DNA of 64,000 nucleotides, taken from Gammaproteobacteria bacterium (lineage in GTDB: Bacteria > Pseudomonadota > Gammaproteobacteria > JBCCGL01). The translations under genes and the position numbers were made by a program. Location: contig OZ255836.1 of NCBI GenBank assembly GCA_965277715.1, forward strand, positions 768,001-832,000. The letters are read 5' to 3'. Positions 40,105 through 50,376 of this stretch are shown here, piece by piece. The notes beneath the pieces were generated by a model. It worked only from the letters and a program-made list of their open reading frames with translations, had not been told where the DNA came from and searched no databases. Position 1 is the stretch's first letter, and every line of letters starts with the position of its first letter.

Positions 40105-43100
40105 ATGATGTCTAAAAAATCCTATTTCCTTCTCGTCTGCCTTTTTCTGACAAGCTTCAGTATCAGTGCGTTTGCAACCATACCCACCGTTCACAATACC
40201 AATGAAACCTATTATACCAATAACACGGGTCAAAATACGGTCGATGGATTTACCATTAGCCTTACCTCACCTGGCAATATCGCAAGGTATTCCGGGGAGA
40301 GCAGTGGATTCACCAGGGCTTTGGCAATAGAAAGTAATCCAGCAGTAACGACCCACACCTGGACATTTACGGCAGATAACTCTGACCTTGCGACGTTTAA
40401 CCTGGATCAGATTCGAGCTTTCGATTTTAGCGCCTCGGGTGCCGCGATGACTGTTGTGATTAATGCCAGTAATGGCATGTCACAGACCTTTACTACCAGT
40501 ACCTCTACTCAAAATAACCAAGCCATGCTAAATACCACGGCGGGTTTGTTTGATAGCATCAGCAGCTTCTCAGTTTCGCTGTCACTAAGTGGACGTTTGA
40601 ATAGTAATGCTTTATTGGCTGGGTTTACCATTTCCAATATTGTAGAGCCTATATTCGTTAATACGCCGCCAATCATAATCAATGCGCCCGCATCGGTAAC
40701 TGTGGTCGAAGATGTAGCGACTGATATCGGCTTATCCACCATTGTTTTTTTCGATAATGAAGCCAATCCCCTGACCACCACCTTCACTGCCGCCTCAGGC
40801 ACCTTAGCCACCGCATTGGGTAATGGCACCTTCGCAGGTGTGACTGTCAGCGGTTCGGGAACGGCTGCCCTGGTACTTGCCGGTAGCTCAGGCAACCTCA
40901 ATACCTTTTTAGACATCACGACCAATGTGCGCTATACAACGGCGCTAAACAATACAACCGCCACCAGCATTACTATCACTGGCAATGATGGCGATGGCGG
41001 TGATCTGACCACCAACCCCAGCATCACAGTTAATATCACCGCAGTGAATGATGCGCCGACGATAGCGGGTGTGCCTGCATCGGTGACCGTGGCGGAAGAT
41101 GTAGCGACGGCTATCGATTTATCTGCCAGCACCTTTGCCGATGCCGAGGACGATAGCCTGACTGTGACCTTGACCGCTGCCTCGGGCACCTTAGCCACCG
41201 TATCGGGTAATGGCGCCTCAGGCGGCGTAACTGTCAGCGGTTCGGGAACGGCCGCCCTGGTACTTGCCGGTAACCCGGCCAACCTCAATACCTTTTTAGA
41301 CACCGCGACCAATGTGCGCTATACAACGGCGCTAAACAATACAACCGCCACCAGCATTACTATCACTGGCAATGATGGCGATGGCGGTGATCTGACTACC
41401 AACCCCAGCATCACAGTTAATATCACCGCAGTGAATGATGCGCCGACGATAGCGGGTGTGCCTGCATCGGTGACCGTGGCGGAAGATGTAGCGACTGATG
41501 TCGATTTATCTGCCAGCACCTTTGCCGATGTCGAGGACGATAGCCTGACTGTGACCTTGACCGCTGCCTCGGGCACCTTAGCCACCGCATCGGGTAATGG
41601 CGTCTCAGGCGGCGTGACTGTCAGCGGTTCGGGAACGGCCGCCCTGGTACTTGCTGGTAACCCAGCCAACCTCAATACCTTTTTAGACATCACGACCAAT
41701 GTGCGCTATACAACGGCGCTAAACAATACAACCGCCACCAGCATTACTATCACTGGCAATGATGGCGATGGCGGTGATCTGACCACCAACCCCAGCATCA
41801 CAGTTAATATCACCGCAGTGAATGATGCGCCGACGATAGCGGGTGTGCCTGCATCGGTGACCGTGGCGGAAGATGTAGCGACGGCTATCGATTTATCTGC
41901 TAGCACCTTTGCCGATGTCGAGGACGATAGCCTGACTGTGACCTTGACCGCTGCCTCGGGCACCTTAGCCACCGTATCGGGTAATGGCGCCTCAGGCGGC
42001 GTAACTGTCAGCGGTTCGGGAACGGCCGCCCTGGTACTTGCCGGTAACCCGGCCAACCTCAATACCTTTTTAGACACCGCGACCAATGTGCGCTATACAA
42101 CGGCGCTAAACAATACAACCGCCACCAGCATTACTATCACTGGCAATGATGGCGATGGCGGTGATCTGACCACCAACCCCAGCATCACAGTTAATATCAC
42201 CGCAGTGAATGATGCGCCGACGATAGCGGGTGTGCCTGCATCGGTGACCGTGGCGGAAGATGTAGCGACTGATGTCGATTTATCTGCCAGCACCTTTGCC
42301 GATGTCGAGGACGATAGCCTGACTGTGACCTTGACCGCTGCCTCGGGCACCTTAGCCACCGCATCGGGTAATGGCAGCTCAGGCGGCGTAACTGTCAGCG
42401 GTTCGGGAACGGCTGCCCTGGTACTTGCCGGTAACCCGGCCAACCTCAATACCTTTTTAGACACCGCGACCAATGTGCGCTATACAACGGCGCTAAACAA
42501 TACAACCGCCACCAGCATTACTGTCACTGGCAATGATGGCAATGGCGGTGATCTGACCACCAGCCCCAGCATCACAGTTAATATCACCGCAGTGAATGAT
42601 GCGCCGACTATTGCCGGTACGCCTGCAACGGTAACTGTGGTTGAAAATGTAGCGACGGCTATCAATTTATCTTCCAGCACCTTTGCCGATGCCGAGGACG
42701 ACACCCTGACTGTGACCTTGACCGCTGCCTCGGGCACCTTAGCCATCGCATCGGGTAATGGCAGCTCAGGCGGTGTGACTGTCAGCGGTTCGGGAACGGC
42801 TGCCTTGCAGCTTGTCGGTAACCCGGCCAACCTCAATACCTTTTTAGACACCGCGACCAATGTGCGCTATACAACGGCGCTAAACAATACAACCGCCACC
42901 AGCATTACAGTCACGGGCAATGATGGCAATGGTGGCACTCTGACCACCAATCCCAGCATCGTCGTTAATATCGCCGTAGCGGAGAGCGATGTGCCGGTCT
43001 TACCCACAGATACTACGCTCACAGTGACAGCGACAGCCAATAGTTTGGCGATCAATTGGAACGCAGTGACCGATGTCAATTCAGTGATTTATGCGGTGAC

Positions 43101-45600
43101 CCTGACTGATACCATAACCAATAGTACCCAGACATTGTCAGTATCAGCGACCAGTGCCACGTTTAATGATTTAGTGCCAGGCCACCCCCATACCATTAGC
43201 GTTGTCGCGACAGATGCGCTGGGCAACCGCAGTAACTACCCAATCATGACGTTCAGCACATTGTCAGTAGTCGATGCAGATAATGATGGCCTTGCGGATA
43301 GTTTACAAAGCGCAGACAGCAGTGCTACCGACAGCGATGCCGATGGTATTAGCGATGATGTGGAGGCCTTTATTGGCAATGGTGCTGACGTGACTCAAAC
43401 GACCGATACCAATAATAATGGTATCCCTGATGTAGTCGAAGTGGGCATTGGTTTGAACCCTGCTGTCTCCGACCACGGTACGGCATCGGTCGGTGATAGC
43501 CGCCCTGTGATCAGTAACCTGAGCACACCGGCTAATGCCATATCGACGGCGATTTTCACATCCGTATCAGCGGCTACGGCCAGCAACAGTAATGCATCGA
43601 CCTCAGCGACACTGACGGTGCCTGCCTCGGCCTATTTTCGCACGGGCCGTTGCGCTGGTGCGATTTTGCCCGCCAATTTTGCATCGGCCTGTCAAGCGGT
43701 GCAGCGTGATAATAACAACAACCTGTTACTGTTAGCGGGTGCCCACTCATTGTGGTGGATAGCCGTAGACAGTAATGGCAACTGGCCATTAGGTGGTGCG
43801 GTTGCTCAGGCCATCAATGTGGTGCCAAAAGTGTCCTTTAGCTCGGGAAATATTATGACGAATGGTACTGCGACTGTGGTTCTGACGCTCAACGGTGCCC
43901 CGGTTGATCTTACGCGCACCCTGGAAGTACCCTATAGAATAACAGCGAATAGTACCGGCAGCTCGACCAATGCCGTAAACAGTACTGGTACTTTCAGCTT
44001 CGCGCCAGGCCAATTGAACAGTCGTATCAACCTGCCCGTTGGTACCAGTGCTGGCAGCATTGTTTTGCAAATTAACAGTAGTGCAGCGGTATTTGTACAA
44101 AACCCGGCCAATATAACCGCAGCTACCGAACGGGTTACCCTGGGGGCTAACAGCACCCAGACGATTAATGTTATCAGCGGCAATATTGCGCCGCAAACAT
44201 CGCTGACCGTGGTGGATAGCAACAACAGAGCCGTTTCATCTGTTCTGGCGGGCAGTACCATTAGCATCACCGCCATTGCCATCGATGCCAATGGCGATAC
44301 CCTGACTTATGACTGGAGCGCTTCCACCGGCATTACGGTACCGACTAACACCAGCACGCCATCCTTTACGGCTACGCTTCAGGCAGGTGTTGCCACGGTT
44401 ATCCTGTCTGTTTCAGATGGTGTCGCCACAGTGCGCACGCAGTTGCAGATTAGGGTGCTGGCGACTGATCCACTGGTTGGTGTGGCTGCCAACTCGGACC
44501 GGGATAACGATGGTTTAGTGGATAGCATGGAGGGTTTCGCTGACGACGACGGTGACCGGGTGCCCAACTTCATTGAACGTCTGCATGACACCAGCCAATT
44601 GCTGCCTATTGATACGACTGAATCCCGTTTTGTGACCTCTGAACCAGGTGTCGGTTTACGTCTGGGTAATATTGCCTTTACCTCGGCTGTTTTTGGTTCG
44701 AGCACGACGACAGGTTTTAATGCGAGCGTAGTGCCACAGGCACAAAATGGTGCCGGGTCTGAAATTATTCCTGCTGATACAGTGCCGCATGTCGGGAACA
44801 TTGTAGATTTCGAGGTGGTTAATCTGCCGGTAGCAGGCCAACAGATTAATGTGGTTATTCCACTCAGTGTGTCGATACCGGTGAACCCGATTTATCGCAA
44901 ATATTTGCCCGTGGCACTGGCGGGTTCTGGCCGTTCGAGTTGGGTAAATTTTGATACCACTACAGTCAATAGCAATGGTGCCAGAGATGCATTGGCATCG
45001 ACGATGAGCATAGGTGCGGGTATCTGCCCGGATTATGACGATACCAGTTGGCAGTCGGGCCTGGTGGTGGGCAATAACTGCTTACGCCTGACGATTACTG
45101 ATGGCGGCCCCAATGATGCCGACAATGCTATTAATAATGAAATAGCTGACCCTGCGGTACTTTCGGGGCAAATGGCGACGCTGGCAAACAGCTCGCTGAC
45201 ACTGGGTGCATCCTCTTTGGATGCCGATGGTCGGGCGGTGACTTCAATCACTGTTCGGGTGGCTGATATGGGTGGTAACCCTATGTCTGGTGTAACGGTA
45301 ACATTGAGTCAATCTGGCACGGCGGTGACACTGTCTTCTTTGACCGATAATAATGATGGCAGCTATACAGCGCAGCTTACCGCTGGCAATCAGGCAGGTA
45401 ATACCAGCATCTCTGCAAGGGTGGATGATGGCACCAATAGCGCCTTTAATCTCCCAACAGCCCAATTGGCGTTGTTATCAACACAAGCGCCGGTAGCCTC
45501 CACTAATGGTGGTGGTGGTGGTGGCATGGCTGTTTTTGAACTGGCAGGGTTATTAATGATGTTATTACTGTCGTTTTACTGTCGGCGATCAGTCAGGTAA
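40105..45600 (+). CDS. Large surface adhesin-like protein with cadherin/Ig-like repeats, FN3, Ca-binding DxDxDG repeats, choice-of-anchor U-like and invasin-like domains, GlyGly-CTERM tail
   Basis: Signal peptide ending AFA; six ITVNITAVNDAP-linked repeats; LTITDGGPNDAD...IADP; DNNDGSYTA; GGGGGG + hydrophobic helix + RR C-terminus. Confidence 0.85.
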   Translation: MMSKKSYFLLVCLFLTSFSISAFATIPTVHNTNETYYTNNTGQNTVDGFTISLTSPGNIARYSGESSGFTRALAIESNPAVTTHTWTFTADNSDLATFNLDQIRAFDFSASGAAMTVVINASNGMSQTFTTSTSTQNNQAMLNTTAGLFDSISSFSVSLSLSGRLNSNALLAGFTISNIVEPIFVNTPPIIINAPASVTVVEDVATDIGLSTIVFFDNEANPLTTTFTAASGTLATALGNGTFAGVTVSGSGTAALVLAGSSGNLNTFLDITTNVRYTTALNNTTATSITITGNDGDGGDLTTNPSITVNITAVNDAPTIAGVPASVTVAEDVATAIDLSASTFADAEDDSLTVTLTAASGTLATVSGNGASGGVTVSGSGTAALVLAGNPANLNTFLDTATNVRYTTALNNTTATSITITGNDGDGGDLTTNPSITVNITAVNDAPTIAGVPASVTVAEDVATDVDLSASTFADVEDDSLTVTLTAASGTLATASGNGVSGGVTVSGSGTAALVLAGNPANLNTFLDITTNVRYTTALNNTTATSITITGNDGDGGDLTTNPSITVNITAVNDAPTIAGVPASVTVAEDVATAIDLSASTFADVEDDSLTVTLTAASGTLATVSGNGASGGVTVSGSGTAALVLAGNPANLNTFLDTATNVRYTTALNNTTATSITITGNDGDGGDLTTNPSITVNITAVNDAPTIAGVPASVTVAEDVATDVDLSASTFADVEDDSLTVTLTAASGTLATASGNGSSGGVTVSGSGTAALVLAGNPANLNTFLDTATNVRYTTALNNTTATSITVTGNDGNGGDLTTSPSITVNITAVNDAPTIAGTPATVTVVENVATAINLSSSTFADAEDDTLTVTLTAASGTLAIASGNGSSGGVTVSGSGTAALQLVGNPANLNTFLDTATNVRYTTALNNTTATSITVTGNDGNGGTLTTNPSIVVNIAVAESDVPVLPTDTTLTVTATANSLAINWNAVTDVNSVIYAVTLTDTITNSTQTLSVSATSATFNDLVPGHPHTISVVATDALGNRSNYPIMTFSTLSVVDADNDGLADSLQSADSSATDSDADGISDDVEAFIGNGADVTQTTDTNNNGIPDVVEVGIGLNPAVSDHGTASVGDSRPVISNLSTPANAISTAIFTSVSAATASNSNASTSATLTVPASAYFRTGRCAGAILPANFASACQAVQRDNNNNLLLLAGAHSLWWIAVDSNGNWPLGGAVAQAINVVPKVSFSSGNIMTNGTATVVLTLNGAPVDLTRTLEVPYRITANSTGSSTNAVNSTGTFSFAPGQLNSRINLPVGTSAGSIVLQINSSAAVFVQNPANITAATERVTLGANSTQTINVISGNIAPQTSLTVVDSNNRAVSSVLAGSTISITAIAIDANGDTLTYDWSASTGITVPTNTSTPSFTATLQAGVATVILSVSDGVATVRTQLQIRVLATDPLVGVAANSDRDNDGLVDSMEGFADDDGDRVPNFIERLHDTSQLLPIDTTESRFVTSEPGVGLRLGNIAFTSAVFGSSTTTGFNASVVPQAQNGAGSEIIPADTVPHVGNIVDFEVVNLPVAGQQINVVIPLSVSIPVNPIYRKYLPVALAGSGRSSWVNFDTTTVNSNGARDALASTMSIGAGICPDYDDTSWQSGLVVGNNCLRLTITDGGPNDADNAINNEIADPAVLSGQMATLANSSLTLGASSLDADGRAVTSITVRVADMGGNPMSGVTVTLSQSGTAVTLSSLTDNNDGSYTAQLTAGNQAGNTSISARVDDGTNSAFNLPTAQLALLSTQAPVASTNGGGGGGMAVFELAGLLMMLLLSFYCRRSVR
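40657..42978 (+). repeat. Six tandem 387-bp (129-aa) intragenic repeats
   Basis: Units start at 40657, 41044, 41431, 41818, 42205, 42592; inner units nearly identical in DNA; antisense shadow ORFs recur every 387 nt. Confidence 0.95.
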
Positions 45601-45780
45601 TACCACCACCTCTACACTCATTTCCTATCCAGAAGAGCGGTTTCGCGCAAGCACACGATGTCGGAGTCGTATGCGTTTAGCGTGTACGGATTGTGCGGGG
45701 GCGCCGGGTGGTCTGTGTGCCTTCCGCGCCCCATCAAAACCCCCTTCCTGGAACGTGGACTTTTATTTGTTTTATCGGCT

Positions 45781-45817
45781 TGATGTTTTGATGTTTTTTA
45801 TTTTATGCCGTGATGTT
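45781..45817 (+). promoter_or_regulatory. Putative antitoxin operator (TGATGTT x3)
   Basis: TGATGTT at 45781, 45789 and 45811, just upstream of the antitoxin gene. Confidence 0.4.
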
Positions 45818-45859
45818 AGACTATTTGCTTGATTACGACTAAAAAGCAGGTGAGACCAG

Positions 45860-46132
45860 ATGAGAACCACGCTGACTATTGATGATGGGATTGTCGATGC
45901 CTTAAAAGAAGCGGCTTACACCTCGGGGAAACCCTATAAACAAATCGTTAACGAAACCTTACGCGCTGGGATAGCCATGAAGCAAACGGCTTATCGGGCG
46001 GCCACCCCCTACACCCTGAAACCCGCGTCACTCGGCGCAGTGAATGCGGGCTATGACCTCAATAAGTCATTGCAACTGGCCGATGAGCTTGAGGAATTGG
46101 AAATAGTGAAAAAAATGGAAATGCGAAAATGA
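45860..46132 (+). CDS. vapB: VapB-type ribbon-helix-helix antitoxin
   Basis: MRTTLTIDD...KQIVNETLRAG; 4-nt overlap with the PIN gene. Confidence 0.8.
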   Translation: MRTTLTIDDGIVDALKEAAYTSGKPYKQIVNETLRAGIAMKQTAYRAATPYTLKPASLGAVNAGYDLNKSLQLADELEELEIVKKMEMRK

Positions 46133-46563
46133 TCCTGATCGACGCCAATTTGCTGATCTATGCGGTTAATTCTGATGCGCCTTACCATCGTCAGGCGCGG
46201 GCCTGGCTGGAAGAGACATTGTCTGGCACCACAGACGTGGGGCTGGCCTGGATTGTTGCGCTCGCCTTTCTACGCATAACAACCCGCCCCGGCATTTTGG
46301 CGCAGCCTTTAAGCAGTGATGAGGCATCAGCTTATATTGATGAGTGGTTAGCGCTGCCCTATGTAAAGCTGATTGGTCCCGGTGCTAATCACTGGCCTGT
46401 ATTTAGAAACTTGCTGCGCCTGGTGGGCACTGCCGGCAACCTCACATCGGATGCCCATATTGCGGCACTGGCCATTGAGCACGGTGCCGAGGTGTATTCA
46501 GCGGATCACGACTTTGCCCGCTTTGTCCAACTGAAGCATGTAAATCCCTTACGGATTGAGTGA
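46129..46563 (+). CDS. vapC: VapC PIN-domain toxin
   Basis: ILIDANLLIYA, GNLTSDAHIAALAIEHG, SADHDFARF. Confidence 0.9.
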   Translation: MILIDANLLIYAVNSDAPYHRQARAWLEETLSGTTDVGLAWIVALAFLRITTRPGILAQPLSSDEASAYIDEWLALPYVKLIGPGANHWPVFRNLLRLVGTAGNLTSDAHIAALAIEHGAEVYSADHDFARFVQLKHVNPLRIE

Positions 46564-46769
46564 GAAATACTACAAGCACTGTTGCCAGGCGTATTTCAAT
46601 CATTACAAGCCAAATAGAGTGGAAGGCAAAGTGAAGCCACTGATTCACTCACCGATATAAAAAAACACTCATTTCCTGTTAGACTTTACCTGCTGACCCT
46701 AATGTATCTCATATTGATAAAACGGCGTATTTACAGACATTCAACCCAGACACTCTAGGCCATATTACA

Positions 46770-47255
46770 TTGAACCGCCTGCTACCTATTATTGCGTTTA
46801 TATTGGTGACTGCTATTGCCTGTAGCACCTCGCCAACCCCAGATCCGCTAAGTACAAGCCCGGCAACAGATCTCAACAGATCGGCGCCTACCTCAGGTGA
46901 ACCTAAAAAAATTCGCCATAGTATGGATGATTCAAATGTCGTCGAAATGTGGACTAATGCCGAGGCTGCGCGCCAGCAAGGGGCGTTCGAGCAGGCCGGT
47001 GTGTATATCGAGAGTGCATTGCGCATTACCCCAGACGACCCGATGTTGTGGAGCCGCCTGGCGGAGCTGCGGATGCGCCTCGGCGAATACCCGCTGGCTG
47101 AAAACTACGCCGCAAAATCGAACGCACTGGGTGCAGACAACACACCATTGTTGCACCGTAACTGGTTGATTATTCAACATTCACGTGATGAGCGGGGGGA
47201 TGTACTCGGCGCCCGCGAAGCCCAGCTTGAAGTGCGTAAATACGCCGCTGAATAA
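46770..47255 (+). CDS. TPR-repeat lipoprotein
   Basis: Lipobox AIAC; IESALRITPDDPMLWSRLAELR..AENYAAKS TPR-like helices. Confidence 0.75.
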   Translation: MNRLLPIIAFILVTAIACSTSPTPDPLSTSPATDLNRSAPTSGEPKKIRHSMDDSNVVEMWTNAEAARQQGAFEQAGVYIESALRITPDDPMLWSRLAELRMRLGEYPLAENYAAKSNALGADNTPLLHRNWLIIQHSRDERGDVLGAREAQLEVRKYAAE

Positions 47256-47318
47256 ATGTATTGTTCGTCTATTTAATACACCATCTTTTGATCGCCAATT
47301 CCTCTGGGGAGCAATTTA

Positions 47319-49250
47319 TTGTCCCACTCGTTTGAATCTGTTACCGAAGTGCTCGGTAAACACGGCCCCTTTGCGGAACACCTGTCCGGTTTTGCACCGC
47401 GTACACAGCAGCAGGCGCTGGCCGAGGCGATCGATAACACCCTCTTGGAGGGGGGAACTTTAATTGGTGAGGCGGGCACAGGGGTTGGCAAAACATTTGC
47501 CTACCTGGTGCCCGCTATTTTGTCCGGGCTGAAGATCATCGTTTCCACCGGCACCCGGCATTTGCAGGATCAGCTTTTTTACAACGACCTGCCACTGGTG
47601 CGGCGGGCATTGCGCAGTGACATCAACGTTGCCCTGTTGAAAGGGCGCAGCAATTACCTGTGCAGGCACCGGATGGCGGCCGCATCGCAACACCCAATGC
47701 TGTCGCGAGCCGAATTATTGAGCCAGCTAACCCAGGTACGGCATTGGGCCGCCACCACTAAAACCGGGGATATCAGCGAAGTTAAAACACTCCCGGAAGA
47801 TGCCCCCATTTGGCACTACGTTACCTCTGATGCGGATTTTTGCGCCGGGCACGAACCGGATCAGCTAAGCGACTGCTTTGTACACCAGGCGCGCAAACAA
47901 GCGCAATCGGCGGATATCGTCGTGGTAAACCACCATCTGTTCTTCGCTGATCTATCACTAAAAGAAGAGGGTTTTGGAGAAATACTGCCCAGTGCCAATG
48001 TATTCGTATTGGATGAAGCCCATCAGATCCCCAAAGTGGCCTCACAATTTTTTGGCCAGCGTTTTAGTAGCCGCCAGTTGACCGATCTGGTGCGCGACAG
48101 CATTGCCGAACAGATGCGCGATGCGGCGGATATGAGCGAGCTTCGCGAGGCGATTTCGACCCTGGAAAAGGCCTCGCGGGATTTTCGGTTGTCATTTGGT
48201 GTCCAGACCCGGCGCGATGCATGGCGGCAGATTCTCGACAACCAAAATATTGCTACCAGTATCGGTGAATTGCAGCAGGCGTACCGTGAACTCGCCGGGC
48301 AACTGGAGCTGGCAGCACCCCGTGGCAGAGGCCTGGCCGCGTGCCTGCGCCGTTGCCTGGCACAACTGGAGGTGCTCGGCAATTTTATCGCGCCGGATAC
48401 ACAAGGCGAATGGGTGCATTGGTTTGAAACATTCCGTACCGGCTATGTACTTAGCCTGACAGCATTAGATGTTGCGGGGCCATTTCAACGAACCGTGAAT
48501 ACATTAAGCGCCTCGTGGCTGTACACCTCGGCGACGCTTTCAGTCGGCAACTCCTTCGCGCATTTTCGTGCGCAACTGGGTATCGAAGAGGCCAACGAGT
48601 GCCAACAAAACAGCCCATTTGATTACCCTAACAATGCCCTGTTGTACCTGCCGGCAAATATGCCTGAGCCAAGTGCCGATAACTATAACCAGAAAGTCAT
48701 CGAGGCGGCCTTGCCTGTTATTCGCGCCAGTGGCGGGCGGGCATTTTTATTGTTTACCAGTTACCGGGCGCTCAACCAGGCGGCGGAGTGGTTGCTGGAT
48801 AAAACCGATCTGCCGCTATTGGTACAGGGTGATTCACCCAAGCGCGAGCTGATTGCTGAATTTCAATCACTCGGCAACGCCGTGTTACTGGGCACCAGCA
48901 GTTTTTGGGAGGGGGTCGATGTGCGTGGACAGGCACTCTCCTGCGTTATCATCGACAAATTGCCCTTTGCCTCGCCCGGTGATCCAGTAATGCAGGCACG
49001 TATTAGCGCGATGCGTGAGCGTGGTGGCAACCCGTTTTTCGACTATCAGGTGCCGCAAGCGGCGATAGCACTGAAACAGGGGGTGGGGCGGCTGATCCGC
49101 GATGTGAACGATAGAGGCGTGGTAATGATCTGTGATCCCCGTTTAAAAACAAAGTCTTATGGTCGACTGTTTATCCAGAGTCTACCTGAGATGCCGCCCA
49201 CTGATTCGCTGCAATCGGTTCAGGCATTTTTTGCACAGGAACAGCGATGA
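47319..49250 (+). CDS. yoaA: DinG/YoaA-family ATP-dependent helicase
   Basis: EAGTGVGKT, LKGRSNYLC, LDEAH, SFWEGVDV, KQGVGRLIR; adjacent to tsaB. Confidence 0.9.
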   Translation: MSHSFESVTEVLGKHGPFAEHLSGFAPRTQQQALAEAIDNTLLEGGTLIGEAGTGVGKTFAYLVPAILSGLKIIVSTGTRHLQDQLFYNDLPLVRRALRSDINVALLKGRSNYLCRHRMAAASQHPMLSRAELLSQLTQVRHWAATTKTGDISEVKTLPEDAPIWHYVTSDADFCAGHEPDQLSDCFVHQARKQAQSADIVVVNHHLFFADLSLKEEGFGEILPSANVFVLDEAHQIPKVASQFFGQRFSSRQLTDLVRDSIAEQMRDAADMSELREAISTLEKASRDFRLSFGVQTRRDAWRQILDNQNIATSIGELQQAYRELAGQLELAAPRGRGLAACLRRCLAQLEVLGNFIAPDTQGEWVHWFETFRTGYVLSLTALDVAGPFQRTVNTLSASWLYTSATLSVGNSFAHFRAQLGIEEANECQQNSPFDYPNNALLYLPANMPEPSADNYNQKVIEAALPVIRASGGRAFLLFTSYRALNQAAEWLLDKTDLPLLVQGDSPKRELIAEFQSLGNAVLLGTSSFWEGVDVRGQALSCVIIDKLPFASPGDPVMQARISAMRERGGNPFFDYQVPQAAIALKQGVGRLIRDVNDRGVVMICDPRLKTKSYGRLFIQSLPEMPPTDSLQSVQAFFAQEQR

Positions 49251-49960
49251 ACCTACTCGCTATCGATACCGCGACGGAAGTGTGCAGTGCCGCCCTGCTC
49301 AATGGTGAGGCATTGCGTGTTGATTACGTCGAAACCGCCCGCGACCACTCCAGGCTTATTTTAAAAATGCTCGATGCCCTATTGGCCAATGCAGGTCTTG
49401 CACCGCAACAGCTCGATGGGCTGGCGTTTGGCCGTGGCCCAGGGAGTTTCACCGGTGTGCGTATCGCCGCTGGTGTCACCCAGGGCATTGCCCTGGCCGT
49501 TGACTGCCCGGTATGGCCGGTTTCCAATCTTGCCGCTATTGCGCAGCGTTGCTATCGCGAGTCCGCCGTGAAAAATGTACTGGCTGCTATTGATGCGCGT
49601 ATGGGCGAGGTCTACTGGGGCGCTTATCAGTGCAATGAAAATGGCTTGATGCAAGCCTGTATCGATGAATCTGTCTCGGCGCCGCAACACATTGCATTGC
49701 CCATCACACAGGATAATTGTATATGGACTGGCGCCGGTACAGGCTGGTGTCGCCATGAGGCGCTATTGCTTGAGGCAACGGGCCAGTTAAACCTATCCGG
49801 TTTTAGCCACCAGCTCCCCCACGCACAGGACATTTTGGCGTTGGCCAGAACAGACCTGGAGCAGGGCAGGGGATTGGCGCCTGAGAGCGCGCAGCCGGTC
49901 TATCTTCGCGATAAAGTTGCCAGGACAATCGCGGAGCGAAACACGCCAAAACAAGCGTAA
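49247..49960 (+). CDS. tsaB: t6A biosynthesis protein TsaB
   Basis: LAIDTATE.CS, GRGPGSFTGVRI, IDARMGEVY, PVYLR. Confidence 0.95.
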   Translation: MNLLAIDTATEVCSAALLNGEALRVDYVETARDHSRLILKMLDALLANAGLAPQQLDGLAFGRGPGSFTGVRIAAGVTQGIALAVDCPVWPVSNLAAIAQRCYRESAVKNVLAAIDARMGEVYWGAYQCNENGLMQACIDESVSAPQHIALPITQDNCIWTGAGTGWCRHEALLLEATGQLNLSGFSHQLPHAQDILALARTDLEQGRGLAPESAQPVYLRDKVARTIAERNTPKQA

Positions 49961-50001
49961 CGACACAGTCATAGGCACAATCGCAAATACATTTTCCGGG
50001 G

Positions 50002-50376
50002 CTATTGAAGAACCGCTTTATACCTTTCAACATCAAACCCAATAAGCAATTCACCCCTGGCTTCGAGCACCGGGCGCTTAATCATCGCCGGGTACTCACA
50101 CATCAGTGCAATGGCTATCGATTGATCGATATTTTCACGCTGCGCTTCGGGCAGTTTCCGCCAGGTTGTACCGCGCCGGTTGAGCAGGGTCTGCCAATCG
50201 GCTCTTGTACACCAACCGAGCAACCGGGCCGCGTCGATACCCTCGACGCGGTAATCGTGAAAGCGGTAATCAATATGGTGCGTGTTCATCCAGGCACGCG
50301 CCTTCTTTATCGTGTCACAATTTTTTATGCCGTAGATAACCGGGCCGGGCGAATCATTCATCGGTGAATCACTCAT
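50002..50376 (-). CDS. yffB: ArsC/Spx family protein YffB (start 50376 or 50361)
   Basis: [37 protein letters not shown]. Confidence 0.9.
   Translation of the reverse strand: MSDSPMNDSPGPVIYGIKNCDTIKKARAWMNTHHIDYRFHDYRVEGIDAARLLGWCTRADWQTLLNRRGTTWRKLPEAQRENIDQSIAIALMCEYPAMIKRPVLEARGELLIGFDVERYKAVLQ

Noticed and set aside
40509-43079. Series of 126-aa minus-strand ORFs, and the array as a possible CRISPR or DGR
   Set aside because: Antisense shadows of the 387-bp coding repeats; no spacers, cas genes or reverse transcriptase
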